NCBI RefSeq assembly: GCF_003668955.1
Contig: NZ_RAWO01000002.1
Coordinates: 535,605-599,604 of the forward strand
DNA: 64,000 bases
Reading direction: 5' to 3'
Origin: Corallococcus sp. AB038B
GTDB lineage: Bacteria > Myxococcota > Myxococcia > Myxococcales > Myxococcaceae
A program made the translations under genes and the position numbers. The notes beneath the pieces were generated by a model. It was not told the origin of the DNA and did not search any database. It was given only the letters and a program-made list of their open reading frames with translations. Shown piece by piece: positions 9,943-18,827 of this stretch (within the stretch, counting starts at the first letter, position 1; every line of letters starts with the position of its first letter).

Positions 9943-11578
9943 GCGGGCGTCCTCCCACGTCCAGCTCTCTTGCCAGCTCCGCCGCCAGCGACGTCAGGTC
10001 GCGCCCCGGGGTGAGCTCCCACAGCCTCTTTCCCAGCACCTGTTTGACGCTCGCGTCCGGCGCGCGGCGAGGCTCCCAGATGCCCGCGACGCGCATGTCC
10101 GGCGGCAGCCGAGACACCGTGCGCCGGGCCACCTCCTCACCGGCGCCCGCGAACAGCAACGGCCCCGGGGCGCACCGCACGCCCGTCTCCAGCGACGACG
10201 ACGGCGGGCTGACCCCGTCCAACCCGAAGCAGGGCTCGTCCGCCGTGAAGCGCCGCACCCGCGTCACGCCGTCGCGCTCATCGCTCGGGGCCAGCTGCAG
10301 GGGCATCACCTGACGGCGCACCGTCCACAGGCTCGCGTCCGGCAGCCGGTCCACCACCGCGCGCGCCAGCTGGGACATGGGCGCATCCGGCGAGGCGTCG
10401 AAGCCCGGGCACACCACGGTGACGGCGGGCGCGGCGGGCGGACGGGCCGGGGGTGCATCTCCCTGGAGGAAGGGCATGAGCGCCTCGCGCACGCGCTGGG
10501 CCACGGACTGCTGGTCCAGGGACGCCAGTCGCTGGCGCTGCGCCTCCACCACTCGCGAGCGCAGGGCGGGGTCTCGCTCCAGCACCGCCAGCAGCCCCGC
10601 CACCTGCGCGGGGTCGTCCGACAGGGTGGTGAGGCCCGCGCCGCCCATGGTCTCCGGCACCGCCGCGGCGCCGTAGGCCACCACCGGCACGCCCCGGTAC
10701 ATGGCCTCCAGCAGGGGCACGCCGAACCCCTCGTGGCGGCTCATGGAGAGGTACGCGGTGGCGGAGGCGAAGCACGCGGACAGCTGCGCGGCGTCCACCC
10801 GCCCCAGGAACACCACGCGATCCGGGCCCAGCTGCTCGCGCAGCGCCAGCACGGACGCGTCATAGGGCGCGCTGCTGTAGAGCGTCCCCGCGACCAGCAG
10901 CCGGCTCTTGGGCTGGTACAGGCGCTGGTAGGCGGTGAAGACGCGCAGCACGTCCTCCAACCGCTTGCTGGGCACCGTGCGGCCCACGAAGAGCACGTTG
11001 GCGCACCCGTCCTCCACCTGCTCGCGCAGGGCCGTGTCTGGCGGCACGTTGAACGCGTTCCAGTCCACCGCGAAGGGCAGGACGCTCGCGTCCGGATAGC
11101 CCGCGGCGGACAGCTCCTCCACGCTGAAGTGCGAGTACGCCCAGGCGTGCGTCACGTGCTCGCGCAGCTGGAGCAGCTCCTCGCGCGCGAGCATGCAGCC
11201 GCGGGCGACGTGGCGGTCGGTGCCCTCGAAGAACCGTTCGGGCGTGACGTTGTGGTACAGCAGCGCCTTGCGGCCCTTCGCCTTGGCCACCAGCGGCACC
11301 AGCCGCGACTCGAAGCTGTGGTGGACGAGCAGCGCGGTGTCCCGGCCCGCGTCGCGCGCGTAGTCGAGAGCTGGGCGCACCTCGTCGCGACACGCCTCGT
11401 CCCACTGCTCGGCGTAGATCTCCGACGCGTATCCCCATCCGCGCAGAAGGTTTCGCAGGTAGCGCACCTGGTTGCCCACGGCGTCGCCCCAGGCCAGCCG
11501 CGGCACGAGCTGGTGGACTGCTCCGGCGCTCGAGGACGCGGTCCCTCGCTTGCTGTTCCAGAGGCTCACGTTGGGCAT
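9932..11578 (-). CDS. Family 4 (group 1) glycosyltransferase with a C-terminal extension.
   Basis: It carries an EX7E motif (..SRHEGFGVPLLEAMYRGVPVVAY..) and a GT-B fold. The protein is 548 aa. Confidence 0.75.
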   Translation of the reverse strand: MPNVSLWNSKRGTASSSAGAVHQLVPRLAWGDAVGNQVRYLRNLLRGWGYASEIYAEQWDEACRDEVRPALDYARDAGRDTALLVHHSFESRLVPLVAKAKGRKALLYHNVTPERFFEGTDRHVARGCMLAREELLQLREHVTHAWAYSHFSVEELSAAGYPDASVLPFAVDWNAFNVPPDTALREQVEDGCANVLFVGRTVPSKRLEDVLRVFTAYQRLYQPKSRLLVAGTLYSSAPYDASVLALREQLGPDRVVFLGRVDAAQLSACFASATAYLSMSRHEGFGVPLLEAMYRGVPVVAYGAAAVPETMGGAGLTTLSDDPAQVAGLLAVLERDPALRSRVVEAQRQRLASLDQQSVAQRVREALMPFLQGDAPPARPPAAPAVTVVCPGFDASPDAPMSQLARAVVDRLPDASLWTVRRQVMPLQLAPSDERDGVTRVRRFTADEPCFGLDGVSPPSSSLETGVRCAPGPLLFAGAGEEVARRTVSRLPPDMRVAGIWEPRRAPDASVKQVLGKRLWELTPGRDLTSLAAELARELDVGGRPHAS

Positions 11579-11692
11579 GGCATTTACCCCTGGCCCGGAC
11601 CGGCCACAAGTGGTCGCGCGCTTGCCTTGACGGGGATCCTTCCCTCCGCTACGGAGGGCGCTTTCTCTCGAAGTGCGAGTGGTGGCTTGTCA

Positions 11693-12718
11693 ATGAACGT
11701 CCTGGTGACAGGGGGCTGCGGCTTCATCGGCTCCAATCTGGTGAAGTACCTGCGCCGCGAGCGCCCCGACTGGAAGATCATCAACCTCGACAAGCTCACG
11801 TACGCGGGCAACCTCGAGACCCTCGCCGACCTGGAAGGTGACCCGAAGCACGTCTTCGTGCGCGGCGACATCGCCAACCGGGAGCTGGTGGAACACCTCA
11901 TCGTCCAGCACGGTGTCGACGCGGTGATGCACCTGGCCGCCGAAAGCCACGTGGACCGCTCCATCCTGGGCCCGGAGGTGTTCATCAACACCAACGTGCT
12001 GGGCACCCAGCAGCTGCTGGAGGCCTGCCGCGCCCGGGGCGTGAAGCGCTTCCTGATGGTCTCCACCGACGAGGTCTACGGCTCGCTGGGCCCCACGGGC
12101 GCCTTCACGGAGACCTCTCCGCTGCAGCCCTCCAGCCCGTACTCCGCGTCCAAGACGTCCTCCGACCTGGTCGCGCTGGCCTACCACCACACGTTCAAGA
12201 TGGACGTGGTGGTGACGCGTTGTTCGAACAACTACGGCCGCTACCAGTTCCCGGAGAAGCTCATCCCGCTGATGGTGGTGAACGCGCTGCACGACAAGCC
12301 GCTGCCCGTCTACGGCGATGGCGCCAACGTGCGCGACTGGCTCCACGTGGAGGACCACTGCCAGGGCCTGCTGGTGGCGCTGGAGAAGGGCCGCGCGGGC
12401 GAGGTCTACAACATCGGCGGCGGCTCCGAGCGCCGCAACATCGAGATCGTCAAGGGCATCCTGGGCCTGCTGAAGAAGCCCGAGTCGCTCATCCAGTACG
12501 TGGCGGACCGGCCGGGCCATGACCGTCGCTACGCCATCGACCCCACGAAGATCCGCACGGAGCTGGGCTATCAGCCGAAGCACACCTTCGAGCAGGGGCT
12601 GGAGGAGACGGTGACCTGGTACATGGAGAACCGCGCCTGGTGGGAGCGGGTGACCAGCGGCGCCTATCGCCAGTACTTCGACACCCAGTACAAGGCCCGT
12701 CTGCAGGGGCGGGGCTAA
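11693..12718 (+). CDS. rfbB: dTDP-glucose 4,6-dehydratase.
   Basis: MNVLVTGGCGFIGSN..., YSASK, and an extended SDR fold. The match to RmlB is strong. The long upstream part of track ORF 9806..12718 is antisense to the GT4 gene. Confidence 0.9.
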   Translation: MNVLVTGGCGFIGSNLVKYLRRERPDWKIINLDKLTYAGNLETLADLEGDPKHVFVRGDIANRELVEHLIVQHGVDAVMHLAAESHVDRSILGPEVFINTNVLGTQQLLEACRARGVKRFLMVSTDEVYGSLGPTGAFTETSPLQPSSPYSASKTSSDLVALAYHHTFKMDVVVTRCSNNYGRYQFPEKLIPLMVVNALHDKPLPVYGDGANVRDWLHVEDHCQGLLVALEKGRAGEVYNIGGGSERRNIEIVKGILGLLKKPESLIQYVADRPGHDRRYAIDPTKIRTELGYQPKHTFEQGLEETVTWYMENRAWWERVTSGAYRQYFDTQYKARLQGRG

Positions 12719-12722
12719 CGCC

Positions 12723-13622
12723 ATGCGCTTTCTCGTCACGGGAGCCAACGGCCTGGTGGGCAGCCGCGTCTGCGCGCAGCTGACCGAGCGCGGACACGAA
12801 GTGGTGGGTCTGGGGCGCGGTCCCCGGCGCACGGGTGGCACGCACGGCTACGTGGAGGTGGACCTCACGCGCGAGCAGGACGTGGCCGCGGCCATCGCCC
12901 AGGCCCGTCCGGAGGCCATCATCCACCCCGCCTCCATGACGGAAGTGGACGCGTGTGAGAAGGACCCGGACGCGGCCTACGCGGCGAATGTCCACGCCAC
13001 GGCGGCAGTGGCCCGCGCGGCGAAGGTGGCCGGGGCGCACCTGGTGCACGTCTCCACGGACTACGTCTTCGACGGGGACGCCGGGCCGTATTCCGAGGAC
13101 GCGCTGCCCAACCCGCGTGGCGTGTACGCGCTGACCAAGCACATGGCCGAGCAGGCGGCGCGCGTGTTCGCGCCGGGCTGCGCCATCGCGCGCACGGCGG
13201 TGGTGTACGGCTGGCCCGCGGCGGGGCGTCCCAACTTCGGGGCGTGGTTGGTGGGGGCGTTGGAGAAGGGCCAGCCGGTGAAGCTCTTCGAGGACCAGGT
13301 GGTGTCCCCCAGCTTCGCGGACAGCGTGGCCGCCATGCTGGTGGAACTGGGTGAGCGTCGGCTCGGTGGCGTGTGGAACACCTGCGGTGGCACGGTCATC
13401 GACCGGGTGGGTTTTGGCCGGGCGCTCTGCGAGGTGTTCGGCTTCGACGCGTCGTTGATCACGCCCACGCGGATGGCGGACCTGAAGCTGGCCAGCCCCC
13501 GTCCGCTGCGCAGCGGCCTCAAGACGGACAAGGTGCGCACGGAGCTGAAGGCCCAGCCGCTGGAGCTGGCGGAGTCCCTGGCGCGCTTCCACGCGGCCTG
13601 GAAGGCGCACCGCGCCGGTTGA
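12723..13622 (+). CDS. rfbD: dTDP-4-dehydrorhamnose reductase.
   Basis: MRFLVTGANGLVG... and ..YALTKHMAE.. match RmlD. It starts 5 bp after rfbB. Confidence 0.85.
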   Translation: MRFLVTGANGLVGSRVCAQLTERGHEVVGLGRGPRRTGGTHGYVEVDLTREQDVAAAIAQARPEAIIHPASMTEVDACEKDPDAAYAANVHATAAVARAAKVAGAHLVHVSTDYVFDGDAGPYSEDALPNPRGVYALTKHMAEQAARVFAPGCAIARTAVVYGWPAAGRPNFGAWLVGALEKGQPVKLFEDQVVSPSFADSVAAMLVELGERRLGGVWNTCGGTVIDRVGFGRALCEVFGFDASLITPTRMADLKLASPRPLRSGLKTDKVRTELKAQPLELAESLARFHAAWKAHRAG

Positions 13623-13694
13623 GCATCGCGCGCGTGGCGTCCGGGCCGCGCGCATCCGTTTCGCGGCCGGGCCGTGGAACACAGGGGAGCACGC

Positions 13695-14576
13695 ATGAAG
13701 GGAATCATTCTGGCCGGGGGTTCGGGCACGCGCCTGTATCCACTGACGCGCGTGGTGAGCAAGCAGCTGTTGCCCGTCTACGACAAGCCGATGATCTACT
13801 ACCCGCTGACGACGCTGATGCTGGCGGGCATCCGGGAGATCCTCGTCATCTCCACGCCGCAGGACCTGCCGCGCTTTCGCGAGCTGTTGGGCGACGGAGA
13901 GCAGTGGGGCATCCGCCTCCAGTACGCCGAGCAGCCGCGTCCGGAGGGCCTGGCGCAGGCGTTCGTCATCGGCCGGGACTTCGTGGGCAATGACCCCGTG
14001 TCGCTCATCCTGGGTGACAACATCTTCTACGGCCACGGCATGGGAGAGCTCACCCAGCGCGCGTCGAAGCGCACGCAGGGCGCCACGGTGTTCGGCTACT
14101 ACGTGAAGGATCCGGAGCGCTACGGCGTGGTGGAGCTCAACGCCCAGCACAAGGCCGTCAGCATCGAGGAGAAGCCTACGAAGCCCAAGTCGCACTACGC
14201 CGTGACCGGTCTGTACTTCTACGACAACCAGGTCATCGACATCGCGGCGAACCTCAAGCCGGGCAAGCGCGGCGAGTACGAAATCACCGACGTCAACGCG
14301 GAGTACCTGCGCCGCGGCCAGCTCAACGTGGAGCTGATGGGACGCGGCTACGCGTGGCTGGACACCGGCACGCACGAGTCGCTGATGCAGGCATCCAACT
14401 ACATCGAGATCATCGAGCGCCGTCAGGGCCTCAAGGTGGCCTGTCCGGAGGAGATCGCCTTCCGCATGGGCTACATCGACGAGCAGCGGCTGACGGCGCT
14501 GGCGGAGCCCATGCGCAAGAACGAGTACGGCCAGTACCTGTTGGACCTGGTGGAGAAGCGGGGGGCGGTGTCGTGA
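13695..14576 (+). CDS. rfbA: Glucose-1-phosphate thymidylyltransferase.
   Basis: [18 protein letters not shown]...LGDNIFYG matches RmlA. Confidence 0.9.
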   Translation: MKGIILAGGSGTRLYPLTRVVSKQLLPVYDKPMIYYPLTTLMLAGIREILVISTPQDLPRFRELLGDGEQWGIRLQYAEQPRPEGLAQAFVIGRDFVGNDPVSLILGDNIFYGHGMGELTQRASKRTQGATVFGYYVKDPERYGVVELNAQHKAVSIEEKPTKPKSHYAVTGLYFYDNQVIDIAANLKPGKRGEYEITDVNAEYLRRGQLNVELMGRGYAWLDTGTHESLMQASNYIEIIERRQGLKVACPEEIAFRMGYIDEQRLTALAEPMRKNEYGQYLLDLVEKRGAVS

Positions 14577-15118
14577 AGGTGACCCCGCTGGCGATTCCGG
14601 ACGTCCTGCTCATCGAGCCGAAGGTGTTCGGCGACGACCGGGGCTTCTTCCTCGAGTCCTTCCACGCGAAGCGCTACGCGGACGTGGGCGTGGTCGGCCC
14701 GTTCGTACAGGACAACCTGTCGCGCTCGGTGAAGGGCACACTGCGAGGCCTGCACTTCCAGGAGCCGAACGCGCAGGGCAAGTTGGTGCAGTGCCTGGCG
14801 GGCGCGGTGTGGGACGTGGCGGTGGACATCCGCAAGGGGTCGCCCACGTTCGGCCGCTGGGTGGCCGCGGAGCTGACGGGCGAGAACAAGCATCAGCTCT
14901 GGGTTCCCGCGGGCCTGGCGCACGGGTTCTGCGTGGTGAGCGACTCGGCGGACTTCTTCTACAAGTGCACCGCGCTGTACTCCCCGGAGTCCGAGCGGAG
15001 CGTGGCCTGGGATGATCCGGACCTGGCCATCCCGTGGCCGGTGAAGCAGCCGCTCTTGTCGGCGAAGGATCAGCGCGCGCCCCGGTTGAAGGACGCGCCC
15101 GTGCTGCCCGTTTTCTAA
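14573..15118 (+). CDS. rfbC: dTDP-4-dehydrorhamnose 3,5-epimerase.
   Basis: The GTG start overlaps the rfbA stop (GTGA). ..[15 protein letters not shown]...GLHFQ... matches RmlC. Confidence 0.85.
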   Translation: MKVTPLAIPDVLLIEPKVFGDDRGFFLESFHAKRYADVGVVGPFVQDNLSRSVKGTLRGLHFQEPNAQGKLVQCLAGAVWDVAVDIRKGSPTFGRWVAAELTGENKHQLWVPAGLAHGFCVVSDSADFFYKCTALYSPESERSVAWDDPDLAIPWPVKQPLLSAKDQRAPRLKDAPVLPVF

Positions 15119-15263
15119 CGCGAAGGGCGGCCGGGCAGGCGTGGCGCGGGGGCTTGTCATTCCCCGCCCCCTGCGCGATGAGCAGGCAGGGGGGCGAGCT
15201 CCGTCCTGGGGGAGGAAGCCAGCCGGGGGATGGAATGCCCAATCTCCTCCAAGGAGGAGACGC

Positions 15264-16325
15264 ATGGTCCTGCCCGGCAGGGGAATGAGTTGGAAGGAGT
15301 TCTTCAAGTCCCTCAAGGACGAATGGGGGCGCGACAACGTGAGCAACGTCGCGGGAGCGCTGACGTTCTCCGCCATCATGGCGTTGTTCCCGTTCCTTCT
15401 GTTCCTCGTGTCACTGGCCGGTGTGCTGATTGATCCGCACCAGGCGCAGCAGCTCATCCAGGAGCTGTCGAAGGTGGCGCCCCAGGAGGTGACGAAGATC
15501 CTGGGCGAGCGGCTGGAGGCGCTGGCGAGCAGCAATCCGGTGGGGCTCTTGACGATCGGTGGCGTGGGCGCCGTCTGGGCGGCATCCGGCGGTGTGGTGG
15601 CGCTGATGGACGCGCTCAACACGGTCTACGGCGTGACGGAGAAGCGCCCGTTCTGGAAGAAGCGTGGACTCGCGCTGCTGACGACGCTGGGGACGGCGGT
15701 GACGGTGGTGTTGGCGGCCCTCGTCGCCATCGTGACGCCGGCGATCGCGAACAAGCTGGGCGAGCCGTTCACCAGCATCGTGCTGTGGCTGCGCATGCCG
15801 GTGGCGGGCATCCTGATGATGCTGCTCCTGGCGGTGCTGTACTACGTGCTTCCGGACGTGAAGCAGAAGTTCAAGTTCATCACGCCGGGCTCGGTGGTGA
15901 GCGTGGTCATCTGGGTGATCGCCTCGTGGGGCTTCTCGAAGTACGTGGCGAACTTCGGCTCGTATGACGTGAACTATGGCGCCATCGGCGGTGTCATCGT
16001 GATGCTGCTGTGGATGCAGATCTCCTGCATGGTCGTGCTGCTGGGTGCGGAGATCAACGGCATCCTCGAGCACAAGTCGCCGGACGGGAAGGCTCCGGGT
16101 TCGCGTGATCCGGACGCGCCGGGACCGAACGTGACGAAGACGGAGGCGGAAGAGGAGGGCGCGAACCTCCCCGGCGCCACGGACTTCCGTCCGGTTCCGC
16201 CCCAGCCTCAGTACGAGAACCGCCCGGTGCCGCTGAGCAAGACGCCGCTGGCCGCCGCGGCGAAGTGGGCCGCGGGCGTGGGCCTGGGCGTGTTCCTGAT
16301 GCGCCGCAAGTCCACGGCGCGGTAG
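15264..16325 (+). CDS. YihY/BrkB family membrane protein.
   Basis: ..NVSNVAGALTFSAIMALFPFLLFL.. matches the family. There are six TM helices and a Pro-rich C-terminal tail. The start is uncertain (M at about 15264 or about 15284). Confidence 0.7.
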   Translation: MVLPGRGMSWKEFFKSLKDEWGRDNVSNVAGALTFSAIMALFPFLLFLVSLAGVLIDPHQAQQLIQELSKVAPQEVTKILGERLEALASSNPVGLLTIGGVGAVWAASGGVVALMDALNTVYGVTEKRPFWKKRGLALLTTLGTAVTVVLAALVAIVTPAIANKLGEPFTSIVLWLRMPVAGILMMLLLAVLYYVLPDVKQKFKFITPGSVVSVVIWVIASWGFSKYVANFGSYDVNYGAIGGVIVMLLWMQISCMVVLLGAEINGILEHKSPDGKAPGSRDPDAPGPNVTKTEAEEEGANLPGATDFRPVPPQPQYENRPVPLSKTPLAAAAKWAAGVGLGVFLMRRKSTAR

Positions 16326-16337
16326 TCATGCCGCTCG

Positions 16338-16378
16338 ACGGCGGGCGGTCCTCGAAAGGGGGCCGCCCGTTGTCATTT
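16338..16378. terminator. Putative bidirectional intrinsic terminator between two convergent genes.
   Basis: A GC-rich inverted repeat (cgggcgg...ccgcccg) is followed by ttgtcatttt. Confidence 0.3.
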
Positions 16379-16864
16379 TCAAGGCAGGGGTGACGTGACG
16401 TAGTCCATCCCGTCGGAGTGGCAGCCGTGGCAGGTCGAGTGGGCGCGGCCGTAGTAGTTGTTGGAGTAGCTGGGGCCGAAGCCCTCGTAGAAGATCCAGG
16501 TGTCCTTGCCGGGGCCTTCCGAGACCTTCACGTCCAGCGCGTGGCCTCGGAGCGTCCTCCCGTCGTCCTCGAAGAGCTCCTTCACCAGGATGCTGCCCAC
16601 GGGGTGCGTGGCGTTGCCGTCGCGCAGCGAACGCGTGACGACGTCGTTGAAGAACACGCGGACCTTGCTGCCGTGGGGGGCGCGCGTGTCATGGACCGAA
16701 GGCTCCGCGAGCCAGGAGGTGTACTGGCCCGAGCGGACGAAGTCCGTGATGCCCTTCTCGGACGTGTCGATGCCCTGGACGACGCCGAGCCCCTCGTCCA
16801 CGGAGGAGGAGGGACCACAGGCGGAGGCGAACAGGACCAGGAGGGGCAGTGCGTGGGCGCGCAT
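16379..16864 (-). CDS. Lipoprotein with a CxxCH motif, hypothetical.
   Basis: A signal peptide and lipobox (LFASAC) are present. ..HSTCHGCHSDG.. contains CxxCH (C-HG-CH). The protein is 161 aa. Confidence 0.5.
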   Translation of the reverse strand: MRAHALPLLVLFASACGPSSSVDEGLGVVQGIDTSEKGITDFVRSGQYTSWLAEPSVHDTRAPHGSKVRVFFNDVVTRSLRDGNATHPVGSILVKELFEDDGRTLRGHALDVKVSEGPGKDTWIFYEGFGPSYSNNYYGRAHSTCHGCHSDGMDYVTSPLP

Positions 16865-16912
16865 GCCCAGGACTACGCCAGGGGCGCGGAGGCGGTTACA
16901 GCCGGGCCCGGC

Positions 16913-17533
16913 TCACTGCGGTGCGTAGTTGTGGCTCAGCTCGAAGACGAGCGTCTTCACGATGGGCGGGATGGAGAGCTCGATGCGGCCCAGGTTCAGG
17001 TCCGCGCGGGTGACCTGGTAGGAGAGGCCGCCGAACTCGTCATCGAAGGTGAAGTCGTCGTTGTCGAAGATGGAGATTTCAATCGGGTAGCGCAGGAGGT
17101 TGGAGGAGATGACCTGGCAGCCGCCGGAGCGCCATTCGGGCTCCCAGCTCTCGTCCTCGGGGGTGCGGGAGCGATCGGGAGCGGAGGGGCACTTCATCTC
17201 CACGACGACGTCCGGAGGGGAACCGTCGGAATCCCAGTCCTCGCCCGTGTCCGGATCGACGTCAGCGATGACAGCCCGCCGGGGCTGCACGTAGGTGCGC
17301 ATCACGCCCGCGTAGCAGGCGCGCTGGTCGAGCCGGCAGACACTGCCTTCCGCGCACGCTTCACAGCTGCCGCCATTGGGGCCGCATTCCGAGTCGCTCC
17401 GGTAGCGGATGCATTCATTGAGCGCGGAGCAGCATCCGTCCGCGCAGTTCTCCGCAGTGCAGTCGTAGGGACCGCAGGCGGGGAGCCACAGCGCGCACAT
17501 CAGGACGAACATCCACCAGCCGATGACTTTCAT
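16913..17533 (-). CDS. Cys-rich secreted lipoprotein, hypothetical.
   Basis: A signal/lipobox (LWLPAC) is present. About 16 Cys lie in the N-terminal 70 residues. The C-terminal half is acidic. Confidence 0.5.
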   Translation of the reverse strand: MKVIGWWMFVLMCALWLPACGPYDCTAENCADGCCSALNECIRYRSDSECGPNGGSCEACAEGSVCRLDQRACYAGVMRTYVQPRRAVIADVDPDTGEDWDSDGSPPDVVVEMKCPSAPDRSRTPEDESWEPEWRSGGCQVISSNLLRYPIEISIFDNDDFTFDDEFGGLSYQVTRADLNLGRIELSIPPIVKTLVFELSHNYAPQ

Positions 17534-17556
17534 GAGCGCGGTGAACGCTACCTGCT

Positions 17557-18069
17557 TCAGGTCCGTCCGTCCCGAGCGTTGCGAGCGACGGCCTTCTCGT
17601 AGGCTGCCTGAAGCTCGCTGAACACCGAGCGGGAAGGGCGCGGCGCGTCCAGGTGCAGGTGGCGCAGCTCGTCCATGAACGCGTTCCAGAGGGACGGGCC
17701 GCCCTTCTCAAGCAGCTCCGCGCGTACCGACAGCTCCTCGCTCACCTGCGTGTGCCGGCGGCCCCAGGCCCCCATGTGCGCGAGCAGGGGCACCAGTTGG
17801 ATGGACGCCTCCGTGAGGCTGTAGATGCCTTTCTGCTGGTGGTTCGGATCCGGGCGTCGCGACAGCAGGCCGGACGCAACCAAGCGCTTCAGCCGGTCCG
17901 CGAGGATGTTGGAGGCGATGCCTTCTTCGCTCTGTGAGAGCAGGTCGCCGTAGCTGCGCCGGTTCCCGAACATGACGTCGCGGATGACGATCAGGCTCCA
18001 GCGGTCGCCAAGCTGTTCGAGCGTCAGGTTGATGGGGCAGCCGGAGCGCCCTGTCTGCGGCATGGCCAT
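17557..18069 (-). CDS. HxlR-family winged-helix transcriptional regulator.
   Basis: ..GCPINLTLEQLGDRWSLIVIRD.. matches the family. It is divergent to a GST gene. Confidence 0.75.
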   Translation of the reverse strand: MAMPQTGRSGCPINLTLEQLGDRWSLIVIRDVMFGNRRSYGDLLSQSEEGIASNILADRLKRLVASGLLSRRPDPNHQQKGIYSLTEASIQLVPLLAHMGAWGRRHTQVSEELSVRAELLEKGGPSLWNAFMDELRHLHLDAPRPSRSVFSELQAAYEKAVARNARDGRT

Positions 18070-18160
18070 GCTCCTGGGGTTTCTGCTTGCAGTATGCAAG
18101 TGGTGCAAATACGGTTCAACCCGTTGTTAAACGCAAGTGGTCGAATGGAGAGGTCCGACG

Positions 18161-18820
18161 ATGTCGCTCGCGGTCTACGGTCACTATTTCTCTTCGTATA
18201 CGCAGAAGGTGCTCATCGCGCTGTATGAGAACGGCACGCCCTTCGAGTTTCGAAGCATCAGCCCGGAGACGCCGGAGCATTCAGCCGAATGGCTGCGCCG
18301 CTGGCCGCTGCGCAAGTTCCCGCTGCTGGTGGACGGTGACCGTCAGGTCGTCGAGACGAGCATCATCATCGAGTATCTCCAGCTGAAGCATCCCGGGTCG
18401 GTGCGCCTGCTGCCCGAGGACCCGCTGGTCGCGCTGGACGTGCGGTTCCTCGACCGCTTCTTCGACCTGCACGTCATGGACGCGGCCCAGCACGCCGTGA
18501 ACGGAGCGCTGACGGGGGACCCGGTGAAGCGCCAGGACGGGATGAAGCTGGCGGTGGAGAAGCTGGAGCGGTCCTACGCGTGGATTGAAGGCCAGCTGGG
18601 TGGCCGGACCTGGGCCGCGGGCAACGACTTCACGCTGGCGGACTGTGCGGCCGCGCCGTCGCTGTTCTACGCGGACTGGACGCACCGGATTCCCGAGTCG
18701 TGTCCCCAGCTGCGCGCCTATCGCGCGAGGTTGCTCGCGCGTCCGTCGGTCGCCCGGGCTGTGGATGGAGGGAGGCCGTACCGCCCGCTCTTCCCGCTGG
18801 GCGCGCCGGACCGGGATTGA
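18161..18820 (+). CDS. Glutathione S-transferase.
   Basis: A GST N-terminal thioredoxin-like fold (..SIIIEYL..) and a C-terminal helical domain are present. Confidence 0.8.
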   Translation: MSLAVYGHYFSSYTQKVLIALYENGTPFEFRSISPETPEHSAEWLRRWPLRKFPLLVDGDRQVVETSIIIEYLQLKHPGSVRLLPEDPLVALDVRFLDRFFDLHVMDAAQHAVNGALTGDPVKRQDGMKLAVEKLERSYAWIEGQLGGRTWAAGNDFTLADCAAAPSLFYADWTHRIPESCPQLRAYRARLLARPSVARAVDGGRPYRPLFPLGAPDRD

Positions 18821-18827
18821 TCGCGGC

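Noticed and set aside
9806-11690. The 5' two-thirds of the 970-aa + ORF that ends with rfbB.
   Set aside because: It is antisense to the GT4 gene (9932..11578) and R/H/G/Q-rich. The real rfbB start is the ATG at about 11693.
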